This document shows, in pieces, positions 25,978 to 37,685 of a stretch of DNA of 64,000 bases (the stretch's first letter is position 1; the number at the start of each line of letters is the position of its first letter). The notes below the pieces were generated by a model. That model was not told the DNA's origin, made no database searches, and saw only the letters and a program-made list of their open reading frames with translations. Source of the stretch: Anthoceros angustus (Eukaryota > Plantae > Anthocerotophyta); the NCBI GenBank assembly GCA_010909165.1, contig MU008158.1:1947478-2011477 (forward strand), in the 5' to 3' direction. The translations under genes and the position numbers were made by a program.

Positions 25978-26596
25978 GGTGTTGAGCTCTCCCATGTCCA
26001 TATCGGCGACACCGTCACGCGATCCATGTCTGTAATCCACCGTCGCTTCCAAGGCTCCTTGCTCTAGTAGAGGTCGACGCCGTGGGTCCTCGTCAGCGGC
26101 TCCCTCAGAGCGCCGACCGGATGGTAAGTACCATCGGTTCATGGCATCGAATACACCGCCGCAGATCGGCCGATTGTGTTCGAATCTCGCCAATGGCAAA
26201 GACATGCCGTGCTTCGCCCGCCTCGGCCGCAGTGGGCGGCGCATCCTCCCACATCGCCTCGCACCGTAGCCTCCGCCTGCTCGGGCATCCTCCTACACAT
26301 CGCCCGCCGGGCGTCCTTCACGCAGCCGGTGCGCCTCTGTGGTCACGATTGCGGGCCACCACTGTGGCTCCTTGCGTCAACACCGCGTAGTCGCATGGAT
26401 CATACTCACTACCCACACGCCACCCCTGTGAGCATCGCATTGGAAGCAACCTGCGCAATCTGTGGATATGGACGACTGCAATGCAAGACAACCGCGATGG
26501 TACCTGTCGCTCGTCGCGGTGAGAGGCAGCTTTAAGCCTCCTTTGGGAAGTCGTAGCCCAACGTTTCTGCTGCGCTGGTTGCCCATGAATTCTCAA

Positions 26597-27970
26597 ACCT
26601 CAATGTTGATTGCAGGCTGGATTGCACGGCGGTGGCGTTTTGGATCGGCTCTCCTTGTTACCTCTTGCAGGTGTGGAAGAAGATGGGGTCTCTCCAATAA
26701 GACCATGCTGTGTAGGATTGGTAGAGTGTTGGTAGGCTCCTTTGCCGTGATCACGGCCTCGACCTCCGCCTCTACCTCTTCCTGTGAGCATCACCTGCTG
26801 TCGGCTGGGACGGGAATCCTGTCGCCGGCTTGACTCCTCTTGAATTAATGCTCCGATTAACTCAGTGATACTTATGTCCAAAGTTTCTTCTGAGTCATCT
26901 TCCCCCATAGTTTTGCGAGCATTTCTCAAAATAGCGTTTTGAGTTGTAACAAATGATCTGTAGGAGGGTGCAAGGAAGATAAGAGAACAACAAAGCAGTT
27001 TAATTCAGAGAGCTTTGAATTGGATGCCGCCTCAAGTTGTGATCGTGCCAAGCAGAAAGCATTGACATGATGTTCGATGGAGTCCGACTCCTTCATCTTG
27101 AGGTTATGGAAGTTGCGAGTGGCTGTCATTAAACTCATGACATCTGTTGAAGAGTATAGTTGAGCGAGACGGTCCCACATCTGTTTAGATGATCCTGCTT
27201 CACTTATGTATCTCACCATTTGTTGTGAAAGACCACGATCAGGATATCTTGTGCCTTCTCGTCCTTTGCGTCCCAGGAACACTTATTCTCTTGCCCCAAG
27301 CAGGGCGTTCAAGACTTCCATTAACGACTTCCCAAAGCTCTCGGTTATGAAGTACTCCTCGCATTCGTAGGCGCCAGATGTCGTAATCTTTGCCGTTGAA
27401 TATGTCCTTCTCTTTAAAACCATCTCCATAATTGTGGATTATTGTTGACTTTGATTCACGTGAGTCCTTATCGTGTTCCTTCTCCTTGCTTTTATTGATT
27501 ATTTCTTTGGCATATGGTTCTTCATCTTCGTCCAGCCGAGACATTACAGGTGAAATTAGAGAGGACGACTATGTTGTGGTGATGCTGATGTGTTGAGAGT
27601 GCTCACAGAGGCAAATATGGCTGCGTCTTCATCGAATCATCATCTGCATAATCATAACCTGAAAGATGCATGGACTATTTTCTAGATTGGGTGGAGAAAT
27701 TTTGCAATCAAGCCGGTCAAGCCGGTTGCTAAGATCACAAATTTTACTTGTTAATAAGCCTAATTTATCCTGAAGTTGATATTGTAAGTCCTTTATGTCT
27801 AAACTAATTGATGCAAGGTTTGGCAAATGTCATGCCGTGTGATACTAATCTCTGCACTTGGGTTTAGTGTTTGATTAACATTAATTAATCTAATTACTTA
27901 TCTTTAAGTAAGTAATTAGTATTAATTAATCTTAAACCCAAGGTTTCGGGCATTCTTGGCTCCGGCACCA
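26597..27970 (-). mobile_element. Ty1/Copia LTR retrotransposon remnant (gag, frameshifted) with degenerate PBS
   Basis: FNGKDYDIWRLRMRGVLHNRELWEVV and UBN2-like SSKQMWDRLAQLY..FHNLKMKESDSIEHHVNAF..VLLSSL. TGGTGCCGGAGC on the minus strand at 27959-27970 resembles the tRNA-iMet PBS TGGTATCAGAGC. No pol follows. Confidence 0.82.
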
Positions 27971-28427
27971 CTTCCTGTCGAGTCATTTACACCGCATGGT
28001 GATTTAGTCGGTGTGATGAAGGGCCAGTGACCTCATTGTTCCATAATTTCGTCATGTCCGTAGTTTCTGCATTTTGTGTGGTTTTGTATGTTTTTGTATA
28101 CTAGGGGGGGCCTAGGCGCGCATAAGTGCGCGTCTAAATAACGCTATGCACAAACTTGTGCACGCACTGTGCAAAAAGAACGCGAAAAATGATCTTCTAA
28201 TGGGGAAACATGTCCTTTTGGAGGTCTAAGGATGTGCCGAGCCTCTCAACAAAATAACAAGTAGTAGACATCGGCGGAGGTTCACCTAGACCGCTCTCAT
28301 ATATCTATCCTATGCCCTAATGTGACGAAGAACACCCTATCCCCTTTTTATCCTTTACGATGTTTCCGTCTCTTTCGGTGACTGCACCGGGTTATCATCA
28401 AACATGCTGGGGCCAGTGGTGAACAAG

Positions 28428-28759
28428 TCACGTGCACCAGGGGGCAAGGGGCCCAGTGCGTGCATTTTGTCTTGTGAGGAGGCAAGGGGGCCCAGGTGTG
28501 CGCACAAGTGCGTGCATCAGGGGGCAAGGGGCCCAGTGCGCGCGCGCGCTCCAGAGAGGCAAGGGGGCCCGGTGTGCGCTAAGTCACGTGCATCGAGGCA
28601 AGGGGGCCCAGTGCGCACTTGTGCGCACGGGCAAGGGGGCCGAACAAGGTGCGCACACTTGTGTTGCGCACCAAGGAGCAAGGGGGCCAAACGTATCCAA
28701 ACTTATCTTTACTTAGCCCTCATCTTTTTTCTAGTGGTGAAAACTTTGAGCTAGTAGTG
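28428..28759. repeat. GCAAGGGG(G)CC-cored tandem repeats ending at CTAGTAGTG (possible CACTA 3' end)
   Basis: About 7 copies at ~30-50 bp spacing; CTAGTAGTG at 28751-28759 is the reverse complement of CACTACTAG. Confidence 0.55.
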
Positions 28760-29949
28760 AGAACCTTTTACATCTTTTGAATCTTTAGACGTCTAGCGTG
28801 GGCCCAGCTCCAAGTGCAGACCATGCCATTCTCATTCTCGCAATGCACGCGGATCAAGAGCATCAGGTCAACGAAGATATTATTGTCCCAATGTCTAAGA
28901 AACAAAGTCTTGTAAAATTCCCAGAGCAAGAGTATAGTCTTAGGATTGATTGGTATGAATGAAAGGTTGGTACGCAAACTTGTTTGTGCACCAGAATTAC
29001 AGCAAGCCCTAAAAACTCTACACGTTTGTATACGTCCAACACCTGGCAATGATTCCCATGTGTTGGATATTGTTTAGATGTAAGTGCGCGCATAAGTTTG
29101 CGCACGAATTCTGTGTCCAGTTTGAAAGAAAAAGTCGAACAAGAATGGGACTTCAAGTGTTTACCACGTACTTGCAATCTACAATCTCAAATAACGTGTA
29201 TCAAAACAATTACTCAAAAGTTGCGGGTGACATGTCTGCAGAGAAATACCAAAAGGGCTGATTATAGTGCGGATTTTTTCAAGTGCAAAAAGGGGTCCGG
29301 CCACCTCCGTGTGCAAAAAGGGGTTTCAGGAGAAACCTCTTTCTACACAGACGTTGTATTTGGCATATTCCTTGCATATTATAGTGTATTCTTAGGATAC
29401 AATAGCTAAGTGCATACGCTCAAGTAATATGCTTTAGCATATTCCTTGCATATTATAGTATATTTTTAGGATATTTCTAGCATATGATGATGCTAATAGG
29501 ATATCTTAGGAATATGCCGATGCGAAAGGCTAGTATATATAGACCCTTGTATTGAGGACAAGCTCAGATCATAACTTGTCCTCTATATGTGCAATGCAAG
29601 GGTGTTGTGAGAAGGCCAAAGCTATGACTCCGAAAGCGATGTGTGAGGAATTTGCGTGTTGTTCTCGTGGGGAGAGTGTGTTTGTGCCACGATGTGCGAG
29701 CTACTCCCTCCTATTGTTATTGGTCTGCACCTATATATCTGCATATTAGATTTGTTTTGCTTAGTTGTTTGTCGAGGAAGTGCTTATATGAATTTAAGTG
29801 CTTACCTCGTGCGACACAAAACAAGATCAAATCATGGTGTGGAGGGACCAGCATGAAGATTTGGAATATGTTGCAATGCTAATTCTAAGGACTTAACTTG
29901 AATGGGAGTTAAGATAACAAGCAGACTACGTTCAGCAATTTTGATTTTG

Positions 29950-30225
29950 TGTCCTTGATTATGAGACTTAATCAAAATTGAACCAATAAAGTTGAAAATT
30001 TTTGCAGAGAGGTAACTAATCTCATCAATGCATAAATCTGCTTTATTTAAGCACTGCAATTCGTGAGTCTTATTATTCTCCGTTTTCTTCGCAGCCTTAC
30101 ATGCTCTCCAAAGTCTATGTTTAATTGGAAATGAAGAATCCATAGTCATAGAGAGAATTGAATGCACAAATTGTCCATTATATAAAATTGAGCATAATAA
30201 AATTGCTGCTGAATATGAAGCCTCC
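29950..30225 (-). pseudogene. degenerate PIF1-like helicase fragment (possible Helitron remnant)
   Basis: ASYSAAILL..NGQFVHSILSM..LCIDEISYLSAKIFNFI resembles PIF1 motifs Ia/Ib and Walker B (IIDEISM). Confidence 0.45.
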
Positions 30226-32188
30226 TCGCTGCATATCTAGCAATTAGGAGATGCTAGAGTAGAATAGGCATAGCAGAGTTGATGACTTCGTAGGCATCAA
30301 GTCGCATGCTCAAAAATGAAGAGCAAGGTGTTTTGATACCATGATGAGAATCATAGCTTGCTCTAAGATGCGCTTAGCATTGATTATGATGCTTGGAGCA
30401 AGTGTTTATATAGTACAAACGGTTATAGGTTGTTGTAACCAATATAACCGATATAACAACTAACTACTTAAGTAACTTCCTAAGAAACTACTTCTAGCCA
30501 TAGTAATTAATTAATTATTAATTAGAGGGATTTATAGGTGCCCTAGTGAATAGTGCCCTAAATAGGTATATATTGTATCGAGATAATTTTGGGATGGAAT
30601 AGGCACCGTCTATTCGACAGTGATGTAGGCGCACATGATTAAAATGGCAGTATCCAATGTATTTGGCAGTCACGCCTGAGAAGACAGCAAACGCTGCTAC
30701 TTCGGCAGACGGGAAATGAGAGTGGCAGCTAATGATGACCGGCGGTCAACAACGCGACAACACCAAGTGCTGAAAGCGGCAGGCGAAAAGTGGCAATGGC
30801 AACCTCATCTTCACACCGCAGCAGGTGCAGAAGGCTGCCATGCAACCGTCGATTGCTGGGGTTGCACAATGCAGAGTAGCAGCTATTGCACTGGGAGCGC
30901 AAGTAGGCACATGTGGCAGCTGCCAAAGCCAGTTCGGTCCTGAGAAGGTGCTATGAGAGGCCATATAAAAGGAGAACAAACGACTTGGCATCCAACACAA
31001 GTTTGGGATGCAAGTTTTGACAGCATTTGGCCTTGGTACAAGGAAGTGCCTACTGTGGAGTGTTTCTCCATTTCCAACTCGAGCAATAAGAGGCAAGGGC
31101 GGCGGCGGCAAAGGGGAGGAGATGGAGGTCGACTTGTGGGCGCCCGCGACCATGGCGTTGGAGGATTGCGCAATGGAGGAGCCAACACCCACCGTGGGTG
31201 AGGGCGCCGACGACCTCCCCCCGGCCTGTGCCATTGGCGTGTTGGAGGAGGAGGAGGAGGCGCTTGGTGCGAGGACTCCCCCCCAGGCTGCAAGCGCAAT
31301 CGCGCTAGAGCCGGTGCCGCCGGGGAGGCAGCCCATTGCACAGCAGCCTTGTGCGTGGGGGCAATGCAGCATCTGGCACCAACACCTGGAGGAGGAGATG
31401 GCGGCTCCGAGGTGGCGGCCGCAGTCCAGCCGCCACCTACAGCCCATGGGGTTGCGGTGCAGCTGCAGAGTTGCACCATGGAGGCCCTTGGTGTGCGGCC
31501 AGCGGTCGCACCCTCAAAGGCGGAGGTGCGGCTGCACCTTGGCCGATGGGGCATGTAGTGCTGAAGGGCTGCCTGCTTCCCAGCGGCTGGGCCACCAAGT
31601 TGCGGCCCGGCCGGGTAGGCGTTGGCAGCATGCACCCCTCCTACGCCTACGACCGGCATCCCAAGGGGCTGGTGCAGTCACTTGGCGGATGGGCGGTGAT
31701 CTGACCAAGAGGAGGCAGCTCCTCCTCTGCCGTTCCTCCGGATCCGTGGAAGGAGGTGAGGAGGCGGAGGTGGCGAGGCAGCCCTTAGGCATAGCGCCCG
31801 AGCAGGAGGCGATGCATAGGCACTCCAGGTGGATGCCACAACGGCCGCAGAGGGGGAGGAGGCGGCTGTGGAGGAATTGAATTGCGAGGGAGGTGTGGAG
31901 CGGCAAGGGTGCGAAATCTTAGAGGACTCTGATGGTAATGGCAGATTGTGGTTGCTCTTTAGTTTCAGATGGTAATAGCTGCTTGATGGGTTGGGGGTTG
32001 CAGGTGTTGAAGGCGTGGATGAGAGCAGGCCATACCGAATCATCTATGATTTGGATGGCAATTTTGTTCGCATCAGTACCGATGTGGGCCAGGTCAAAGA
32101 TTGAGCGTCGTTTGGGAAGGCGCAAGCTAACTGCTGAGGCCACTTTGCTCTCAAAGGCGGCCACTTTGAGCAATTGGCGGTGATTGTG

Positions 32189-33059
32189 GGTGGAGGCTAG
32201 CGTGTGTGGCCCAAGAAGAAGAGGTGCAGTGAAACCTGCAAATAAGCCGGGCGAGCAAGCGGCGGGAGGAAGATGGATGGGGGGACGAGGCCGGAGGTGC
32301 GAACTCCGGTGCTCCGGAGGCGGTGGTGTGAGCACCGGCGAGGGATGGCGAGCTGGCAAGGCGGCTATCAAGAGCCTGCGCCCCAAGAGTTCCGGGGCAT
32401 TATGGCGTCCACAAGTTCATCCTTGATTGCTATCGATGCAGCCATGAGTGGCGCCATGTCCACTCTCCTTGAGGTCGTGGAGAAGGTGCACAACCTAAGG
32501 TTGTGATGCATGGAGGTGGAGGGCATGATGGAAAGGATGCCCCCAAGTGCCCCTAACATGCAGGCAGGTGGAAGCCCAAGTGCAGCTACGTTCATGGATA
32601 TCATGAACGCAGCCATGCAGGCAGCTGCATCCATGTTTGAAGGAGCTGTGCACCCCAGACCCCCTCCCCTCCTGCTAGCCTACCCACCTCTCCCTTTCCC
32701 CTTTGACCTTTCCATTTGCGGGGATGCGTTGCTCCACCTCCACCCAATTCAGCGCAACAGTCACGCACCTTCTCCACGACCTCAAGGAGAGTGGACATGG
32801 CACCACTCATGGTATGACGACAGCAACCGATGAGCGGGTGGGCGCCATAATGCCCGGAACTCTGGGCGGGCTCTAAGGCCGCTGAGGATGTGCCCCATCC
32901 TGCTGGTACTCACCGGTACTCCTCATAAAGAACCTTTGAGTTCGCACCTCCGCCTCGCCCCCAATCCATCTTCCCCTTGCTTCCATGCCCGGGGCTTGGG
33001 TTTGCTGCCACGTTGGTGCACCCTCTTCTTCTTGCGCCCACACACGCTGCGCCTCCACT
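32189..33059. repeat. long imperfect inverted repeat (fold-back), centre ~32598
   Basis: Arm pairs: 32190-32228 with 33017-33058; 32269-32306 with 32938-32973; 32386-32411 with 32838-32863; 32442-32490 with 32766-32812; central CGTTCATGGATATCATGAACG. Confidence 0.88.
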
Positions 33060-35612
33060 ACTACACATCGGATGTCTTTATGACGAGAGCATTACAACGT
33101 GGGGTGCTTCGCGTTATAACTCGCGTCATATGGCATATGATGGGTTCACCGAACCACCTTGGGTGGCCTTTAAAATACTCAAAATATAACGTGAAGCAAA
33201 AACGTCATTTAATTGACATACCTCCGGACAAAACCGTCCTAGCCGAACCGGTGAACGCGCATCTCTACGGGACTTACTGTCGCTACCGGGGGTTCCATCG
33301 GGTCTCGGTTCTCAGATGCATGTGCGATTACATTTCCATTTGCGTGTGGACAATGGCTGCGGCCAAGGCCTGTCGGAGGCGCGGAGATCCTCACCTTCCT
33401 CGCATTGCATTCAAGTTTTGGGTCATGCTCGGCCTTCACAGCACTGGAACCCGCTGGGCGCGGTGGTCTCAAGTGTGTATGCTCTAACTTTGATGAAAAG
33501 GCAATCCAAAGAACAAAGATGATCGTTGCACTTCGCGAAGATATTCAAGTGAACGGTTTGCAATCACCCCACCGCTGGCGCGATGAAAGCAGTGCGATTC
33601 AAGGTCCGGCTATATACGAACACGAGACGATCGAATTAAACCACGCCGGGCCATGGTGAGAGGCGCCAAAGCTAAACCCACGCCATGTCGATTACTGTGC
33701 CTCCGGACATGGATGTCACCATGCGATGCCGGGCGGAGGCGTGATGGAGTTCCGATGGCTTACAATTGTCGATCATTGTACAGGAGGACAATCGTCCAAA
33801 AATCATGGGATTGGGGTCTATCCTTCCGAGTCTTCATGATTGGACTGATCCCTCACGACGCGCCCAGCTTTCGACATCGAGACGTCATTGTGGATCGAGA
33901 TGGTGCGATTAGATTACCGTGCCACCGCTAATCTAATTGCACCCATCTCGATCACCGCTAATCTAATTGCACTAGGTCACTTGGACATGTGGGGTGAAAT
34001 GTCGGTGCCCGAATGAACACGCCAGGGGCGATTTGTTCCAACAATGTGGTCGCTTACCATACAATTGTATATTGACTAACAAGCTGCCGCAACAACTTAC
34101 ATGGCAACAATCCACATTCAAAAAAGTCGGTGAAGGCAATGCATATTGAACGAGACCACAGACCCACAAGTCGGGCAAACTAAAATGGAGCCGACTAGGT
34201 GCATAATCTGCGCTCCTGCCACGCTCAAAACTAAGCCAAATGGTGCCGACTTCCGTCTGCCATTCCTGATCCGATTGTGGCACATCACCTGCTAGTATTG
34301 GATGTCCACGATCGGAGTGAGAACCTCGACATCTATCGGGCGTGCCAGGGCATGTGGGGCAAACTTAAATGCAAATGCATTTCCGGCCACAATTGCAGAT
34401 CCTCTGCGTCTACCGATACAATGGCATGTCTGGACGATCAAGTCGCAAGCATCAAGAACCTGGTGCTTTGCTTCTTCATTCAGGCCCACCGTGGAATAGC
34501 ACACTAGGTGCTCTGTCCGATTGTAAGTAAAAGGCAGCCTCTCAGCATGCCCAGCACAAACCAAAACATCCATGGCCTTCTTCATGATCTTCACGAGCGA
34601 TGGGCTTGCAAGTGACACATAAAGCAGGCGCATGGCGCCATCATCGATCCACAAGTGAGCCGCTTCTTGTCCCACGGAGGACCCAGTAGCGTTTGAACAA
34701 GCCGGCCCCATTCGAATTCCTTAGGTTGTCGAACTCGCTCGATGTCCTCTCGAGTAGGAAGGGCGTTCCTCCGATGATTGTGTGCTTGAGGTGGATCAAG
34801 CGGTTCCCGCTCCACGAGCACGTCGAACTTCGGAGGCGCTGGGACAAAAAAGGCGTGTCGCGGAGTTCCAATCTCCACAACAACCGAGACGTTCAGCAAA
34901 AACGTGACAGTCCTCATCTCCTCCACAATGTCAACCACATGCGCACCCAGCTCCTTAGCGTGTGACAGCATGCCAGGCCCCAGTCGGTTCGCACAGGCAA
35001 CCCACCAATTCTTTACGTCCCAGTGATGGAGTTCCCGTCTCAATGGTAAAGGGCCTCCGTCGTGCACAGCAAGGCGGGCGATGTCGTAATCCCTCTCCAA
35101 AGCATTCAAGCTCCGGTGCTCTGCCACTTGCATCACCCATCGTCCAGAGCCCGGAGTCCAAATGTCGGGAACATCGACCTCTGCAGTTCGGTATGCCTTG
35201 GCGCAAACATAATCCCCAGATGCGAGGGCGGGAGCATGTTCCCATATCCACACCTCTTGGGCACTGGGGCGTGAAGTTGCCAACAGCGTGCGCCGTCGTC
35301 TCACATTACGCTCGGGTTCCATGTAGGCGCAGAGTCATTTCCGCTAGTGTCCGGTGGGAGTTCAGCCTCGTGAGCCACGGACACGTTTTCTTCATTGTTG
35401 CTCCTCGACTATGCCCATTAGCCATGCTTGCAACACCACGGCTGCGAACGGAAGCAAGGATTCGCCGATCGCTTCGGCTCTGAGGGAATGCAGAATGTCA
35501 AGGTCCCTGTGTATTCGGGGCTTCTTTACGCCCCTTGCCAAGCGTAACTGGATGGAACAGGAAGTGGCAGCAAGCGGCTTACAGCGTACATGGAGTACCT
35601 CCAAGTACCTCC
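33056..35612. mobile_element. probable left part of an older host CACTA element
   Basis: CACTACTACA at 33056 followed by a TTACAAC-type motif. The sequence is interrupted at the TCC TSD and resumes at 59938, leading to a second CACTA transposase. Confidence 0.4.
34292..35322 (-). CDS. unknown TE-associated ORF(s), 243 aa plus overlapping frame, with Cys/His cluster
   Basis: ORF 34591-35322 ends in CACFMCH; the overlapping 34292-34711 frame continues; no recognised family. Confidence 0.3.
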
Positions 35613-35915
35613 CACTACAAGAAAATGAGGGTTTTTACAACGGTTTTTACAACGGGTGTTACAACGCGGCGTTGTAAAACGGCGCAACAACGCCGTTGTA
35701 AACCGAGAGCTTCATGACGTTGTAAAATTGCGACATGGCGGTTCGGTGCCATGTCATTAAAGTGGTGATGTGGCGCCACATCACGCCACATCACCAAGTG
35801 ATGACATGGCATGTTGTTGCCACATGGCCTTCATTGCCACATCATCGTGATGACGTGGCATAATTTGATGACATGGCCCTCATTGCCACATCACCATGTG
35901 ATGACGTGGTGCCAT

Positions 35916-36812
35916 TTACAAAACCATTTACAACATCCCAATTGCAAAAGGAATTACAACATCTAAGTTTGAGGCGTCTCGGTGTGGGTACAAGCGCTTT
36001 ACAACGACTGTTTTACAAAACCATTTACAACATCCCAATTGCAAAAGGAATTACAACATCTAAGTTTGAGACGTCTCGGTGGGTACAACGCTTTACGACT
36101 TTTACAAAACCATCTACAACATCCCAATTGCAAAAGCAATTACAACATCTAAGTTTGAGGCGTCTGGTGTGGGTACAACGCGCTTTACGACTGCTTTACA
36201 AAACCATCTACAACATCCCAATTGCAAAAGCAATTACAACATCTAAGTTTGAGACGTCTCGGTGTGGGTACAAGCGCTTTACAACGGGTGTTACAACGAC
36301 ACATTTACAAAACCATCTACAACATCCCAATTGCAAAAGCAATTACAACATCTAAGTTTGAGGCGTCTGTGGGTACAACGCTTTACAACGACACTTTTAC
36401 AAAACCATCTACAACATCCCAATTGCAAAAGCAATTACAACATCTAAGTTTGAGACGTCTCGTGTGGGTACAACGCGCTTTACAACGACTGTTTTACAAA
36501 ACCATCTACAACATCCCAATTGCAAAAGCAATTACAACATCTAAGTTTGAGACGTCTCGGTGTGGGTACAACTTTACAACGACACAAAACCATCTACAAC
36601 ATCCCAATTGCAAAAGCAATTACAACATCTAAGTTTGAGACGCCCTGTGGGTACAACGCTTTACAACGACTTTTACAAAACCATCTACAACATCCCAATT
36701 GCAAAAGCAATTACAACATCTAAGTTTGAGACGCCCTGTGGGTACAAGCGCTTTACAACGACTGTTTTACAAAACCATCTACAACATCCCAATTGCAAAA
36801 GCAATTACATCA
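35916..36812. repeat. 10-unit tandem array (~88-109 bp) in the CACTA subterminal region
   Basis: Near-constant ACAAAACCATCTACAACATCCCAATTGCAAAAGCAATTACAACATCTAAGTTTGAG in units starting ~35916, 36013, 36102, 36196, 36305, 36397, 36494, 36582, 36673 and 36767. Confidence 0.95.
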
Positions 36813-37074
36813 TTTAAATTACAACGCCTTTTAAGTATATATATATATATATATATATAAAGACTTTTAAACAAATAAATATTATTAATAACACAAATAT
36901 CTATTTTCAGCTTCTTTAAATGGGGCATATTTACAACAAGTGTTTTACAACGTCCTTTGTTGTAAATTTTGTATCTTGCACCTTGTTGTGCATTAGTGGG
37001 ACACACGAGAAATGGAATGCTACTACCAAATGCAAGCGATTCTAAACCCCAAAATGAACACAGATCCTCACACA

Positions 37075-37640
37075 AATCCACACATTCAACTCACACAAAC
37101 TCACAACGGCCCACACAAACTCGCACAAACCCACACGGGCTCTCACATAATCAGGCGCTCACAGGCTCTCACGCTCATAGGCTCGCCCGCTCACAGGCTC
37201 ACAAGCTCTCGCTCACAAGCTCACTGCTCTCGCTCACAGGCTCTCGCTCTCACGCTCTCACAGCTCTCGCTCTCACAGCTCACAAGCTATCGCTCGCTCT
37301 CACAAGCTCATAGGCTTTCACAGCTCACAGCTCTCGCTCTCACAGCTCTCACGCTCATAGGCTCGCCCGCTCACAAGCTCAAGGCTCAATTTTCAAGGCT
37401 CACAGCTCACGCTCATAGGCTCTCACAGTGCTCATAGGCTCTCACACCGCTCACAAGGCTCGCACACACTCTTGCAGGCTCGCATAGAAACTCACACACA
37501 CACACTCACACACACACACACACACACACACAAACATAGAAGCCATTCCCGGACACAGACTCCCACAAACAAACATGGGGCCATTCCCCAGACACACACA
37601 CTCACAAACATTGGGGCCATTCCCCAGACACACACAAAGG
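37075..37640. repeat. CA/CT-rich simple repeats including (CA)n
   Basis: GCTCACA/GCTCTC iterations and (CA)n at ~37493-37532. Confidence 0.85.
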
Positions 37641-37685
37641 GACATTCCCACAAAAGCGATGTCGATTATCAATTTCTAAGAGTTT

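Noticed and set aside
30716-31906. Long overlapping ORFs (233-290 aa)
   Set aside because: GC-rich low-complexity sequence open in several frames on both strands, with no domain signal.
35916-36812. CRISPR-like array (constant block plus variable linker)
   Set aside because: The linkers are variants of one sequence (GTGGGTACAA..CTTTACAACGAC), not unique spacers. The constant part is ~60 bp, there are no cas genes, and the context is a eukaryotic CACTA subterminal region.
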